A stretch of DNA of 64,000 nt from an uncultured virus (IMG/VR IMGVR_UViG_3300021139_000004) (lineage: Duplodnaviria; Heunggongvirae; Uroviricota; Caudoviricetes), in the IMG/VR virus record IMGVR_UViG_3300021139_000004. The stretch is one strand, 5' to 3'. A program made the position numbers and the translations under genes. Positions 40,068 through 49,455 of the stretch are shown here, piece by piece (position 1 is the stretch's first letter; each line of letters opens with the position of its first letter). Below the pieces are notes generated by a model, which was given only the letters and a program-made list of their open reading frames with translations, did no database searches and was not told where the DNA came from.

Positions 40068-41196
40068 TGAATATCTTCGATATTATGATCTAGCTAATAG
40101 ACAACAAGCTTTATGTAATCTTGGTACTAAGCCGTATATAGAATCCAATATGGGTGATGACTTACTCGAGCATGTCGAGCTATATGATGTGGTCGAAAGA
40201 AAATATGCCGGATTCTCTCAAATCATCAACGACGTATTCTATGGTTGGACGCCAGAACATCCATACTGGCATAAAATGTCGATCGGTTTACACACGACTC
40301 AAAGATCGACAGTAGCAAAAAATTGGACTGGAAAACACTCCGACTTTTTATTACCCGAATGGCTGTATGTTTTTATTGTTCACCGAATCTGTGGTTCGGG
40401 GATCAATTACTCGTTCAAGCCTTCTGGTTACTATAACACTATTCTTTTCAATCTATATAGATGTAAAACGATCGAAGAGATGGTTCTGATGATTAAGAAC
40501 TATCCAGTATCTTTCTATACTTCTGTTGGTTATCAGTTTCCTCAATTTCCAAAGTTGCCAGCTGGATCTGATTATAAAAAGGGTGGTGACTATTATCTTG
40601 GTGAATTTGCACCCAGACTTGCAAGAGATCTTTCCAATTATCTTGAAAATGGTGGTAAGAAAGATCTACGTGAGATCGGCAGTTTTATGCTTGATTGGAA
40701 TACAAAGAACGGTCTTAAACAGTATCGCTTTCAATATGCCGCTATCGTAGCTGATATTGCCGATTGGTATCCTCAATTTGTTAATAAAGAAAGTCCTTTC
40801 TATTATGGCTCAAATGCTGTAGAATGTATCTCTTATTTGGCGATCAATACCAATAAACAGAAACAAGAACTCTTCTTAGATTCTGTTATGGAAAAAATCT
40901 ATGAAGATACGAATGCATATCCATACAACGCAGAAGACGTTTGTTGTGATTTCATTCGCTGGGTAGAAAACTATATAAAACCGGGTGCCGACTACGATCA
41001 TCTAAATCGAGATAATATCTGGTCTTCTTGTAAGATTAAAGATCATCCGTTCGGTAGACAAAAAGCTATGTTACAGCTTGGTCTTATCAGTTCATTTAAT
41101 ACGTTAAATGTTCATCCAGCTGATAGCTATATCTTAGATATGGTAGGCATGAGTGTCGTCGAATATAAAAGGCGTGTCAATGAACTGGTTAGCTGA
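40045..41196 (+). CDS. Putative amino acid:DNA transferase (aGPT-Pplase/HhH-like) 1
   Basis: DDLL...YDVVER, F...AIVADIAD...YYGSNAVEC, AEDVCCDFIRW resemble aGPT-Pplase motifs (D.IL...NV.R, D...GPGA..GL, E..LCE..K). Confidence 0.6.
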   Translation: MEMTAYYDEYLRYYDLANRQQALCNLGTKPYIESNMGDDLLEHVELYDVVERKYAGFSQIINDVFYGWTPEHPYWHKMSIGLHTTQRSTVAKNWTGKHSDFLLPEWLYVFIVHRICGSGINYSFKPSGYYNTILFNLYRCKTIEEMVLMIKNYPVSFYTSVGYQFPQFPKLPAGSDYKKGGDYYLGEFAPRLARDLSNYLENGGKKDLREIGSFMLDWNTKNGLKQYRFQYAAIVADIADWYPQFVNKESPFYYGSNAVECISYLAINTNKQKQELFLDSVMEKIYEDTNAYPYNAEDVCCDFIRWVENYIKPGADYDHLNRDNIWSSCKIKDHPFGRQKAMLQLGLISSFNTLNVHPADSYILDMVGMSVVEYKRRVNELVS

Positions 41197-42172
41197 AACA
41201 ATAATTGACAAAACACACGATATAGTATATAATAATCTTTCTGAAGTCGAGCTAGACGAGAAGGAAAAACCTACTCGTAGCTGGATGTGGAAATGGTCTC
41301 AAGAAGAGAGAACTCAAAAGTTCTTCGAATTCTGTCGCGCGTACGATAAACGTGAAGACTCTCTTCTTCGAGACAACTATCAACAGTTTTCTCATCGTCT
41401 TCATTGGCACGAGTGTCCGTTTGTAGATGAAGTAAAGAATATCACTGATCCTAAAACTGTCTTAGAAGCATGTCTCATCTTTTCTTTTACTAACGAGCAT
41501 TGGCTTACTTTTCGTGCATGGAGAGACGGTGGCATTGAAGCCATGAAAGAAAGATTTGCTACTGAACGTCATGCTCGTTCTGATCTATTTCAGATCTACT
41601 ATCCAAAAGATACTGATGTTAAAGAGTGGTTGACTAAAGTTCCTACACAAGCTGCAGAAGAGATGTATCATACTCTTATCGAGAAGAACAGACCGTTCAC
41701 GATGATGGAGTATGCTAAGAAACTCAATCAATACTTCGTAGAAAAACAAGGATTTCGTAATGCGATGTATCCGTGTAAGAACGCAGCTAGACATATTGGT
41801 ATGAGCCATCCAGAATGGGTTGATCCTGAATCTTTCCTTCATGGAGGTACTGGTTTCTTCGATGGATTGAGTCAAGTATTTGACTGTCCTCATTACATGA
41901 GTAAAGCTAAATATGATATAGCAGAAGATGGAAGATATGTACCAGTCAATGCAGCGGGTCAATCATTCTATGAAAAGATGCTCTATCTTTACGAACATCA
42001 AGACAATCCTATTCATACACAAAAGTATCTCAACTTAGAAGATAAACTTTGCTTCTTTTATAAGCATATCGCTATTCGCAACGGCGTTAAACAGACCACG
42101 AAACAGATTCCCTATGATTGGGTTTATCCTACAAATTGGTCTTTAAAAACTGGTAAATATGACACACAATAA
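41180..42172 (+). CDS. Putative amino acid:DNA transferase (aGPT-Pplase/HhH-like) 2
   Basis: FFEFC...REDSLL, HGGTGFFDGL, LEDKLCFFYKH. Confidence 0.55.
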   Translation: MNWLAETIIDKTHDIVYNNLSEVELDEKEKPTRSWMWKWSQEERTQKFFEFCRAYDKREDSLLRDNYQQFSHRLHWHECPFVDEVKNITDPKTVLEACLIFSFTNEHWLTFRAWRDGGIEAMKERFATERHARSDLFQIYYPKDTDVKEWLTKVPTQAAEEMYHTLIEKNRPFTMMEYAKKLNQYFVEKQGFRNAMYPCKNAARHIGMSHPEWVDPESFLHGGTGFFDGLSQVFDCPHYMSKAKYDIAEDGRYVPVNAAGQSFYEKMLYLYEHQDNPIHTQKYLNLEDKLCFFYKHIAIRNGVKQTTKQIPYDWVYPTNWSLKTGKYDTQ

Positions 42173-43061
42173 TCATATCATTGACGGCATAAACAAAGAC
42201 GTTGGCTTTATGTCGCCTCAACAAGCAAAAGATTATTATCTTTCTTTAGCAGATGGATGGGTTCCTTATAATCCAGATCCAGTAGTTATCGAACATGAAG
42301 GTGTTCGAGTAGTAAGAGATGATCTTATAGTTGGTACAAAAACTCGTGCTGGTGATCTATTAGCTTCTAAGATAAACCATAAAACACTAGTGTATTCACA
42401 ACCACGCACGGGTTTAGCAGGCGTATCATTGCTTGATGTAGCTAAACATCATAACAAAGATATTATACTATTCATGCCGTCTTCTAAACGCGTCTCTCTA
42501 CATCAAGCGTGTTGTATAGAACAGGGCGCTATTCCTATGTTTGAACGTATCGCTGCGATGCCTATTCTAAACATGTATGCTAAAGAATGGGCAGACAAAA
42601 ACGATGCATTCTTTATTCCTCTCGGTCTACGACACGAACTAGCTACAGCGGGTATAGTTCATGCAGCTTCGAAGATCGATGAACCCGATGAAGTGTACGT
42701 CGCTATCTCTACTGGTGTTCTTTCACGTGCTCTTCAGATTGCTTGGCCAAACGCTAAGTTTCATTGTGTTGCAGTAGCACGTAATTTAAAAGCCGGTGAA
42801 CTTGGACGAGGCAATGTTATATCAGAACCGTTGCCGTTTGTTAAACCAGAAAAAGACTTACCACCGTTTCCTACAGTAGCTACGTATGATGCTAAAGTAT
42901 GGAAATACATTCCTAAAAATACTAGTAAAAACATTCTTATGTGGAATGTAGGCACTGAACCAGTACTAAATGATGAAACGATCTATGATCGTATAGATTC
43001 TTATCGTGATTGGAAGAAAAATGACAGCTCTCCTAGCAACTCCATTTATAACTATAGCTAA
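42159..43061 (+). CDS. PLP-dependent enzyme, fold type II
   Basis: VRDDL..GTKTR (PLP lysine), FIPLG, AISTG, YDAKVW, WNVG. Confidence 0.8.
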   Translation: MTHNNHIIDGINKDVGFMSPQQAKDYYLSLADGWVPYNPDPVVIEHEGVRVVRDDLIVGTKTRAGDLLASKINHKTLVYSQPRTGLAGVSLLDVAKHHNKDIILFMPSSKRVSLHQACCIEQGAIPMFERIAAMPILNMYAKEWADKNDAFFIPLGLRHELATAGIVHAASKIDEPDEVYVAISTGVLSRALQIAWPNAKFHCVAVARNLKAGELGRGNVISEPLPFVKPEKDLPPFPTVATYDAKVWKYIPKNTSKNILMWNVGTEPVLNDETIYDRIDSYRDWKKNDSSPSNSIYNYS

Positions 43062-44088
43062 ACAACTAACATCACATCGTGCTGCACAGGGTGTGATCTA
43101 CGCAGATCAACTTAAACAAGCCGGTGTAGATGTCTATGTTAATATGACGCTCGATCGTTATAAGTATGACTTCAATGAATACGACGAGCTATATGCTTAT
43201 CATGGTAATGATTGGGGTGGAACTGTAAATCTATTTGGTGGTCTTAAGGGTTTTCCATACACACTGAACTTTGTAAACTTTTCTCGTTTCAAGGGTAAAG
43301 TGCATTCACTCGTAATTCCGTTTCCAAACTACTACGAACAGTTGAAACCTCGTTATGACAAGTATGTCGCTGAAGGTAAAGAGATCGATCCAAAGTGGCA
43401 TGCTGTCGATTGGGACAATTTAAAGCGAATGGAACTTGAATCTGATGTAGTCGTACCAAACGATTTGATTAAGTATCCTCGTATTAGTATTGGCGATTCA
43501 CATGCGATTTGTATGTATCGTCCTAGCTGGCAAAATATCTCTATACCGTTTAAGACTCTTCATGGTGCTTTGAAACAAGGACTCAAATCTTTTATTCCAG
43601 CTGGTAACTATGAAACGATTGAGTTTTATTTTGGTAACATCGATATTAGACATCATCTTCTTAGACAAGAAGATCCTATAAAAGCTACAGAAACATTGAT
43701 TCAAGAATATATGAATCAATGCAAACAGATCGCAGCTGATTATAATTGTAAAGTAGTAGTCTATGAACCGTTGCCAATAGAAAATGAATCACGTAGTTTG
43801 CCAAAGACTGGTTACTATAAGGGAACACCGTTCTTTGGTTCTTGGCAAGAACGCGATAATATCAGAAAACATTTTAGAAACGAATTGATTTCGAATCAGA
43901 CAGAAAATGTTACGGTATTTAAGTGGGTAGATAAGCTCATCAATCAAGCTGGTGAGTTAGACTTTAAGTACATGGAAAAGCCTCATTCAGTACATCTCTC
44001 TCGCGAGTTTTATCCGCATTGGCAGGGTCGTGAATGGAGCGGTATAAATATGACACAAACAGCAAGTCTTGAGGCATTTTTTATATGA
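43021..44088 (+). CDS. Protein with C-terminal SGNH/GDSL-like domain
   Basis: IGDSH, FGNIDIRHH, HSVHL blocks. Confidence 0.5.
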   Translation: MTALLATPFITIAKQLTSHRAAQGVIYADQLKQAGVDVYVNMTLDRYKYDFNEYDELYAYHGNDWGGTVNLFGGLKGFPYTLNFVNFSRFKGKVHSLVIPFPNYYEQLKPRYDKYVAEGKEIDPKWHAVDWDNLKRMELESDVVVPNDLIKYPRISIGDSHAICMYRPSWQNISIPFKTLHGALKQGLKSFIPAGNYETIEFYFGNIDIRHHLLRQEDPIKATETLIQEYMNQCKQIAADYNCKVVVYEPLPIENESRSLPKTGYYKGTPFFGSWQERDNIRKHFRNELISNQTENVTVFKWVDKLINQAGELDFKYMEKPHSVHLSREFYPHWQGREWSGINMTQTASLEAFFI

Positions 44089-45287
44089 AACATGCGACTG
44101 TAATTCCGCTTATAGGTGGTGAAGTATTAGCGTCAACACAAGTTTTTGGTTCTAGACCAGATTATATTCTAAGTTATAAAGCTTTCGAAGCAAACGAAAA
44201 ACATCTTCTCAATTATTGGAATCATGAAGTTCCGTATCATGTACTAGATGATGGCGTTAACACTCATCATGAACAAGTAGATGTCGTATCGAGCGTGTGT
44301 CCATGCGCTGGACTTTCTATGTTTTCACTCTCTTATGGCGAACACAATCAAAATAACAAATGGATGATCGAGACTGCCAAGTATGTTCTTGGTACCATGA
44401 AACCAAAAGTTTTCTGGGGAGAAAACGCACCAGCTCTTGCAGGTAAAGTTGGTACACCTATTCGAGAACAACTGATTCAGATCGGTAAAGAAAACGGATA
44501 TACGATGACTCTGTATCGTACGAAGAGTCTTCTACACGGTGTACCACAAGTCAGAGAACGTACGTTCTACTTCTTCTGGAGAGGTAATAAGACACCAGTT
44601 CTTAACTTTTATAATAGACCATACGATAAGATCGAAGACGTAATCAATAACGTCAAATCTAATACTATGATGGAGCCGATCAATAAGAAGACTCCGTCTA
44701 AAGATCCATACTATCGATACGTGCTTGAAGCTATTCATGGTGGAATTTCTCATCGTGAACACTTCGATAGTTTAGATATGAATTCGATGACTCTACGTTA
44801 CTTAGATGTTAAAAAGTTGATCGAACATCATGGTCATACTTATCAACAAGTCGGAGAGTGGATGGCACAGAACGGCTATGAAAAAGAAGTCGAAAAGTGC
44901 AAAAGAATGTTTACAAAATTGGAAAAAGGTGGTAATATAATGAGGCGTGGGACGATCATACCTAAAGATCATCTTGGCGCTTTTGTTGGTCATTATCCAA
45001 CAATGTTGACTCATCCCTACGAAGATCGCTATATCACTTATCGTGAGGCACTCAGTATTATGGGAATGCCTGAAGACTACGAATTGCTAGATCCTTCTAA
45101 TAGCTACAATCACATCTGTCAAAATGTGCCAGTAAGAACGGCTGCTGATATGGCCACTGAAGTGAAAGCGGTCTTAGATGGTCAACGAGATTATGTCGAT
45201 TCAGATCTAGTTTTCCAGTACAATTCAGATCGTACGACCGATATAAAAAATAATAAACACACTTACTTGATGGAGTATATTTCATGA
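44085..45287 (+). CDS. DNA cytosine-C5 methyltransferase homologue with atypical SAM-binding motifs
   Basis: CPCAGLS (IV), ENAP (VI), QVRER (VIII), R..T.RE...IMG.P (IX); motif I IPLIGG, motif X QNVP. Confidence 0.8.
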   Translation: MKHATVIPLIGGEVLASTQVFGSRPDYILSYKAFEANEKHLLNYWNHEVPYHVLDDGVNTHHEQVDVVSSVCPCAGLSMFSLSYGEHNQNNKWMIETAKYVLGTMKPKVFWGENAPALAGKVGTPIREQLIQIGKENGYTMTLYRTKSLLHGVPQVRERTFYFFWRGNKTPVLNFYNRPYDKIEDVINNVKSNTMMEPINKKTPSKDPYYRYVLEAIHGGISHREHFDSLDMNSMTLRYLDVKKLIEHHGHTYQQVGEWMAQNGYEKEVEKCKRMFTKLEKGGNIMRRGTIIPKDHLGAFVGHYPTMLTHPYEDRYITYREALSIMGMPEDYELLDPSNSYNHICQNVPVRTAADMATEVKAVLDGQRDYVDSDLVFQYNSDRTTDIKNNKHTYLMEYIS

Positions 45288-45622
45288 CAAAAAAAGTTGA
45301 TGATGAAATTAATCGTGTGCTTGCAAGAATGGATGCGCGTAATATCAAATATAAGTTCAACGAAGAGAATCTACTTACAGAACTTAAAGCATATATAGAT
45401 GGTACCTACACATCCCACTATGTCGGTACTGACAACATTCAAGCATTTGAGTTAATTGCAGCAGCAGGTCACGGTGTTGGCTTTACCATTGGTGACATCA
45501 TCAAGTATGCTTCACGTTATGGTAAAAAGGGTGGACATAATCGTGCAGATCTTTTGAAGATCCTTCACTACGCTATTTTAGCACTATATGTGCATGACAA
45601 GGAGATTGGTAATGGAAATTAA
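45284..45622 (+). CDS. DUF3310-like protein
   Basis: HY...IQAFELI, G.IIKY..RYGKK, DL.K..HY. Confidence 0.75.
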   Translation: MTKKVDDEINRVLARMDARNIKYKFNEENLLTELKAYIDGTYTSHYVGTDNIQAFELIAAAGHGVGFTIGDIIKYASRYGKKGGHNRADLLKILHYAILALYVHDKEIGNGN

Positions 45623-46484
45623 GTTAGACTTCGAACAACTTAGAAAACAAAAACTATTCGTAGCTACACCGATGTATGGTGGTCAATGCGCGGGTATGTT
45701 TGCGAAGTCGTGTACAGATCTTTCAGCATTTTGTGCTGTTCATGGTATTCATTTACAGTTTTATTTTCTGTTCAATGAATCTTTAATTACTCGTGCTCGT
45801 AACTATTGTGTCGACGAGTTTATACGTTCTGGTGCAGATCATTTGATGTTCATCGACTCCGACATTGGATTTAATGCTCAAGACATCATCGCTATGATGG
45901 CTCTTCAATCACAAGAGCCTGATAAGTATCATATCATCGGTGGTCCTTATCCTAAGAAGTGTATCTCATGGGAAAAGATCAAGCGTGCTGTAGATAAGGG
46001 TGTTGCTGATCAAGATCCAAATGTTCTCGATGCTTTTGTCGGAGACTTTGTTTTCAATCCTAAGGGTAATCAAACTTCTATTCAAATCACAGAACCATGT
46101 GAAGTTCTTGAAATTGGAACTGGTTTTATGATGATTCATCGCGCTGCGATGCAAAAGTTTTATGATACGTATCCTGAATATATGTATCGTCCAGATCACG
46201 TTCGTACTGAATTCTTTGATGGATCACGTGAGATCATGATGGCTTTCCAAGCTGAAGTCGATCCTGTATCTAAGCGTTATCTTTCAGAAGACTATTGGTT
46301 CTGTCAAAAAGCACAACAGGCTGATATTAAGACATGGCTCTGTCCGTGGATGAGACTACAGCACGTTGGTAGTTATATCTTTGGCGGATCATTAGCTGAT
46401 CTTGCATCTATCGGTGCATCAGCGACTGCAGATCCATCCGCGTTGGGTGGTAAGCGAAAAGAGAATCGCAAGGAAAAGCGATAA
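45612..46484 (+). CDS. GT-A fold glycosyltransferase-like protein
   Basis: VATPMYGG, ESLITRARN, FIDSDI, GTGFMMI, LSEDYWFC. Confidence 0.75.
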   Translation: MEIKLDFEQLRKQKLFVATPMYGGQCAGMFAKSCTDLSAFCAVHGIHLQFYFLFNESLITRARNYCVDEFIRSGADHLMFIDSDIGFNAQDIIAMMALQSQEPDKYHIIGGPYPKKCISWEKIKRAVDKGVADQDPNVLDAFVGDFVFNPKGNQTSIQITEPCEVLEIGTGFMMIHRAAMQKFYDTYPEYMYRPDHVRTEFFDGSREIMMAFQAEVDPVSKRYLSEDYWFCQKAQQADIKTWLCPWMRLQHVGSYIFGGSLADLASIGASATADPSALGGKRKENRKEKR

Positions 46485-46512
46485 TTGAATAACCTACACT
46501 ATGGAGTAAATT

Positions 46513-47178
46513 ATGCAAAACATTAAGTTGGAAAATCGCACATCTCAAATTATCAAGAACTTTTCTTCAATCAATCCGTCTCTTATGTTTAGGCCCGGTA
46601 ATGTATTGAAGACTCAGTCTCCGACATCTTCTGTCTTGGCTATTGCTACGATCGATCAAAACTTTGAATCGCAGTTTGCAATCTATGACGTCGCACGACT
46701 TCTTGGTGTTATGTCTCTCTTTAAGGATCCAGAGCTGCAGATCGACGAGAACTTCCTTATCATCAAGGATAACAACAACAAGCGTGTTAAGTATACATTT
46801 GCTGATCCTGCTGCTATCATCGCTCCAAAGGCTGACGTTCAGGTAGCTTTGCCTGAGACTCTTGCAACTATTCGGATCACTACAGATCAGTTGAACGATG
46901 TTCTTCGTGCTGCTGCTCTTCTTAAGCATCCTAACGTTGCACTTATTGGTCGAGACGGCGAAATTACATTGTCAACTATTGACTCATCAGGTAAGAGCAA
47001 GGATACATACGATATCACTGTCGGACAGACAGATAGAACTTTTAGTATTATCTTTATACTCGATACAATGAAGCTGATTCCCGGTGACTATGATGTTACT
47101 ATCACCAAGGGTATTGTCCATTGGCGTGGTGATCGTATCGAATACTATACGGGAGCAGAAACTAACTCCACTTTCTGA
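46513..47178 (+). CDS. gp45: Sliding clamp gp45
   Basis: KNFSSINPS, FAIYD...LL, KLIPGDY.V; synteny. Confidence 0.9.
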   Translation: MQNIKLENRTSQIIKNFSSINPSLMFRPGNVLKTQSPTSSVLAIATIDQNFESQFAIYDVARLLGVMSLFKDPELQIDENFLIIKDNNNKRVKYTFADPAAIIAPKADVQVALPETLATIRITTDQLNDVLRAAALLKHPNVALIGRDGEITLSTIDSSGKSKDTYDITVGQTDRTFSIIFILDTMKLIPGDYDVTITKGIVHWRGDRIEYYTGAETNSTF

Positions 47179-47205
47179 TTTGTTTTTTTATTATGGAGTA
47201 AGTGA

Positions 47206-48141
47206 ATGCTTGAACAATTTTTGTGGGTAGAGAAGTATCGTCCAAAGAAGATCGCGGATACGATACTTCCTACAAATCTGAAAGCGACCTTTCAACAGTT
47301 CGTTGATCAGAAGAATATCCCTAATCTTATCTTGTCTGGTACGGCTGGCGTGGGTAAAACCACGGTAGCCCGTGCTATGCTTGAAGAGTTGGGTTGTGAT
47401 TATGTCGTTATCAATGGATCTATGAATGGCAACATCGATACACTCAGAAATGACATCCTCCAATTTGCGTCTTCCATCTCTTTCTCGGGTGGACGTAAGT
47501 ATGTCATTCTTGACGAGGCAGATTACCTCAACCCAAACTCTACCCAACCCGCACTGCGAAACTTTATGGAAGAGTTCTCCGCAAATTGTGGTTTCATTCT
47601 CACCTGCAACTTTGTCAATAGAATTATTGAACCGTTGCATTCTAGGTGCTCTGTCGTAGACTTTAAGATGTCTAAGCAAGACATGCCTCGTCTTGCTGGT
47701 CAGTTCTTAAAGCGTGTAGAAGGTATTCTTATTGCAGAAGAAATTACATACGATAAAGCAGTAGTCGCTGAAGTTATCATGAAACACTTCCCTGATTGGC
47801 GTCGTGTTCTCAATGAGCTTCAACGATATGCAGCTACGGGTAAGATCGATAGTGGTATTCTTATCAATCTTGATGAAGAAGCTTTCAAACAACTCGTTGG
47901 TTTGTTGCGTGACAAAAACTTTACGAGCGTGCGTAAGTGGGTAGATGCTAATACTATCGATCAGACTTCGATATATCGAAAGTTCTATGATACTGCTGCA
48001 TCTTTCATGACTACTGAGGGTGTAGCACAAATGATCTTGCTTTTGGGCAAGTATCAGTATCAAGCTGCATTCGCTGCAGATCCAATTATCAACTTCACGG
48101 CTTTCTTGATTGAAGTCATGACACACTGTGAGTTTGAATAA
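47206..48141 (+). CDS. gp44: Clamp loader large subunit gp44
   Basis: WVEKYRP, GVGKTT, DEADYL, LHSRC. Confidence 0.96.
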   Translation: MLEQFLWVEKYRPKKIADTILPTNLKATFQQFVDQKNIPNLILSGTAGVGKTTVARAMLEELGCDYVVINGSMNGNIDTLRNDILQFASSISFSGGRKYVILDEADYLNPNSTQPALRNFMEEFSANCGFILTCNFVNRIIEPLHSRCSVVDFKMSKQDMPRLAGQFLKRVEGILIAEEITYDKAVVAEVIMKHFPDWRRVLNELQRYAATGKIDSGILINLDEEAFKQLVGLLRDKNFTSVRKWVDANTIDQTSIYRKFYDTAASFMTTEGVAQMILLLGKYQYQAAFAADPIINFTAFLIEVMTHCEFE

Positions 48142-48518
48142 TGGCTTACGATTGGCGATACGAGAACAGCATCAACTTTACAAAAGATTATCAGGATCCA
48201 GATAACAATGAATACAAGTATTCTGCATGGCGTACTAATTCTTCATTGTCATATTTTCCTGATACTGTGCTCTATGCCAATGAAATGAACATGCTTCATC
48301 ATTTAGATGATAAGCTCCAGTATGACTATCTCTTCTTCTCCATCAGGCAGAAGAAGAGATTCTTCAAGAAAGACAAAAAGCACGAAAAAGATCATAACCA
48401 TGACTTAGTTCAGGGTCACTATAAATACAATAACGAGAGGACTAGAGAAGCACTCAAACTCCTAACTGACGAACAGCTCGATATTATAAGAAAAAAAGAA
48501 GAAAAAGGTGGCACATGA
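48141..48518 (+). CDS. gp62: Clamp loader small subunit gp62
   Basis: LSYFPDT..YANEMN, LQYDYL; synteny. Confidence 0.88.
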   Translation: MAYDWRYENSINFTKDYQDPDNNEYKYSAWRTNSSLSYFPDTVLYANEMNMLHHLDDKLQYDYLFFSIRQKKRFFKKDKKHEKDHNHDLVQGHYKYNNERTREALKLLTDEQLDIIRKKEEKGGT

Positions 48519-48913
48519 ACTTAATAGATTCACTAGTTGAAGTGAAAATAGCAGAAGAAGAAGACTTCCTAAAAATCAAAGAAACTCTTACTCGAATTGG
48601 GGTAGCGTCTCGTAAAGATCAAAAGTTGTATCAGTCATGTCATATCTTACACAAACAGGGTAAGTACTACATCGTACACTTTAAAGAGCTCTTTGCATTA
48701 GATGGTAAACCTTCTGACTTTACTTCAGAAGATAAGGGTAGAAGAAATACCATCGCTCAACTTCTAGAAGAGTGGGGTTTAATCAAAGTAGTAGAACCCG
48801 AAAAGATCGTAGATCCTAAAGCACCTATGAGTCAAGTTAAGATTCTACCACATAAAGAAAAAAACAATTGGATTCTTGAAGCAAAATACAATATTGGACG
48901 AAAGAAAAAATAG
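48515..48913 (+). CDS. regA: Translational repressor RegA
   Basis: FLKIKETLTRIGVAS, LYQSCHILHKQG.YYIVHFKELF. Confidence 0.96.
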   Translation: MNLIDSLVEVKIAEEEDFLKIKETLTRIGVASRKDQKLYQSCHILHKQGKYYIVHFKELFALDGKPSDFTSEDKGRRNTIAQLLEEWGLIKVVEPEKIVDPKAPMSQVKILPHKEKNNWILEAKYNIGRKKK

Positions 48914-48914
48914 T

Positions 48915-49268
48915 ATGTTTAAATTCTTTGGTAAGAAGCTAGAAGATAAGACTCTAGCTGAAGTGAAGTTGGATCAAATTAGAGAACTTTTGTTCCCACC
49001 ATGCGATGAACATATCGACAGAGACGGTCAAAAATATCATGTTGACTACTCTGCCGATATGAATTTAGATGCAGCTTTAGTTGATCTCGAAGAGGGGCAC
49101 AACGATGAAGCTACTAGAAACACTATTAAGAAAGTCTCAGCAAGGATCTACGCAGTTCGTAAGATCCTTGATTCGTATGCTGAAATAACTGACGCTCATT
49201 ATTTGATCGTCGATGATATGTCGGAGATTGAAATTGAAAAAATTCAAGCGTCAGATAGAGAATATTGA
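48915..49268 (+). CDS. Hypothetical protein
   Basis: ORF immediately after regA. Confidence 0.6.
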   Translation: MFKFFGKKLEDKTLAEVKLDQIRELLFPPCDEHIDRDGQKYHVDYSADMNLDAALVDLEEGHNDEATRNTIKKVSARIYAVRKILDSYAEITDAHYLIVDDMSEIEIEKIQASDREY

Positions 49269-49452
49269 CAAGTTTATTCAAGCTTTAGAAGAGATGATCG
49301 ATGCCCGCGATGATATGTGGGAAGAAGAGCAACATCATAATTGGCGTCAGCAAGAAGATATACGTGAAAAGCGATATCTGCCAGCTCGAGATTTGTTGAA
49401 AGTAGCTTTGACTAACTTTATCGTTGAAGTTATGGAGGATGAAGAGGAATAG
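49213..49452 (+). CDS. Hypothetical protein (start uncertain)
   Basis: Acidic ORF filling the gap in the operon. Confidence 0.5.
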   Translation: MICRRLKLKKFKRQIENIDKFIQALEEMIDARDDMWEEEQHHNWRQQEDIREKRYLPARDLLKVALTNFIVEVMEDEEE

Positions 49453-49455
49453 ATT

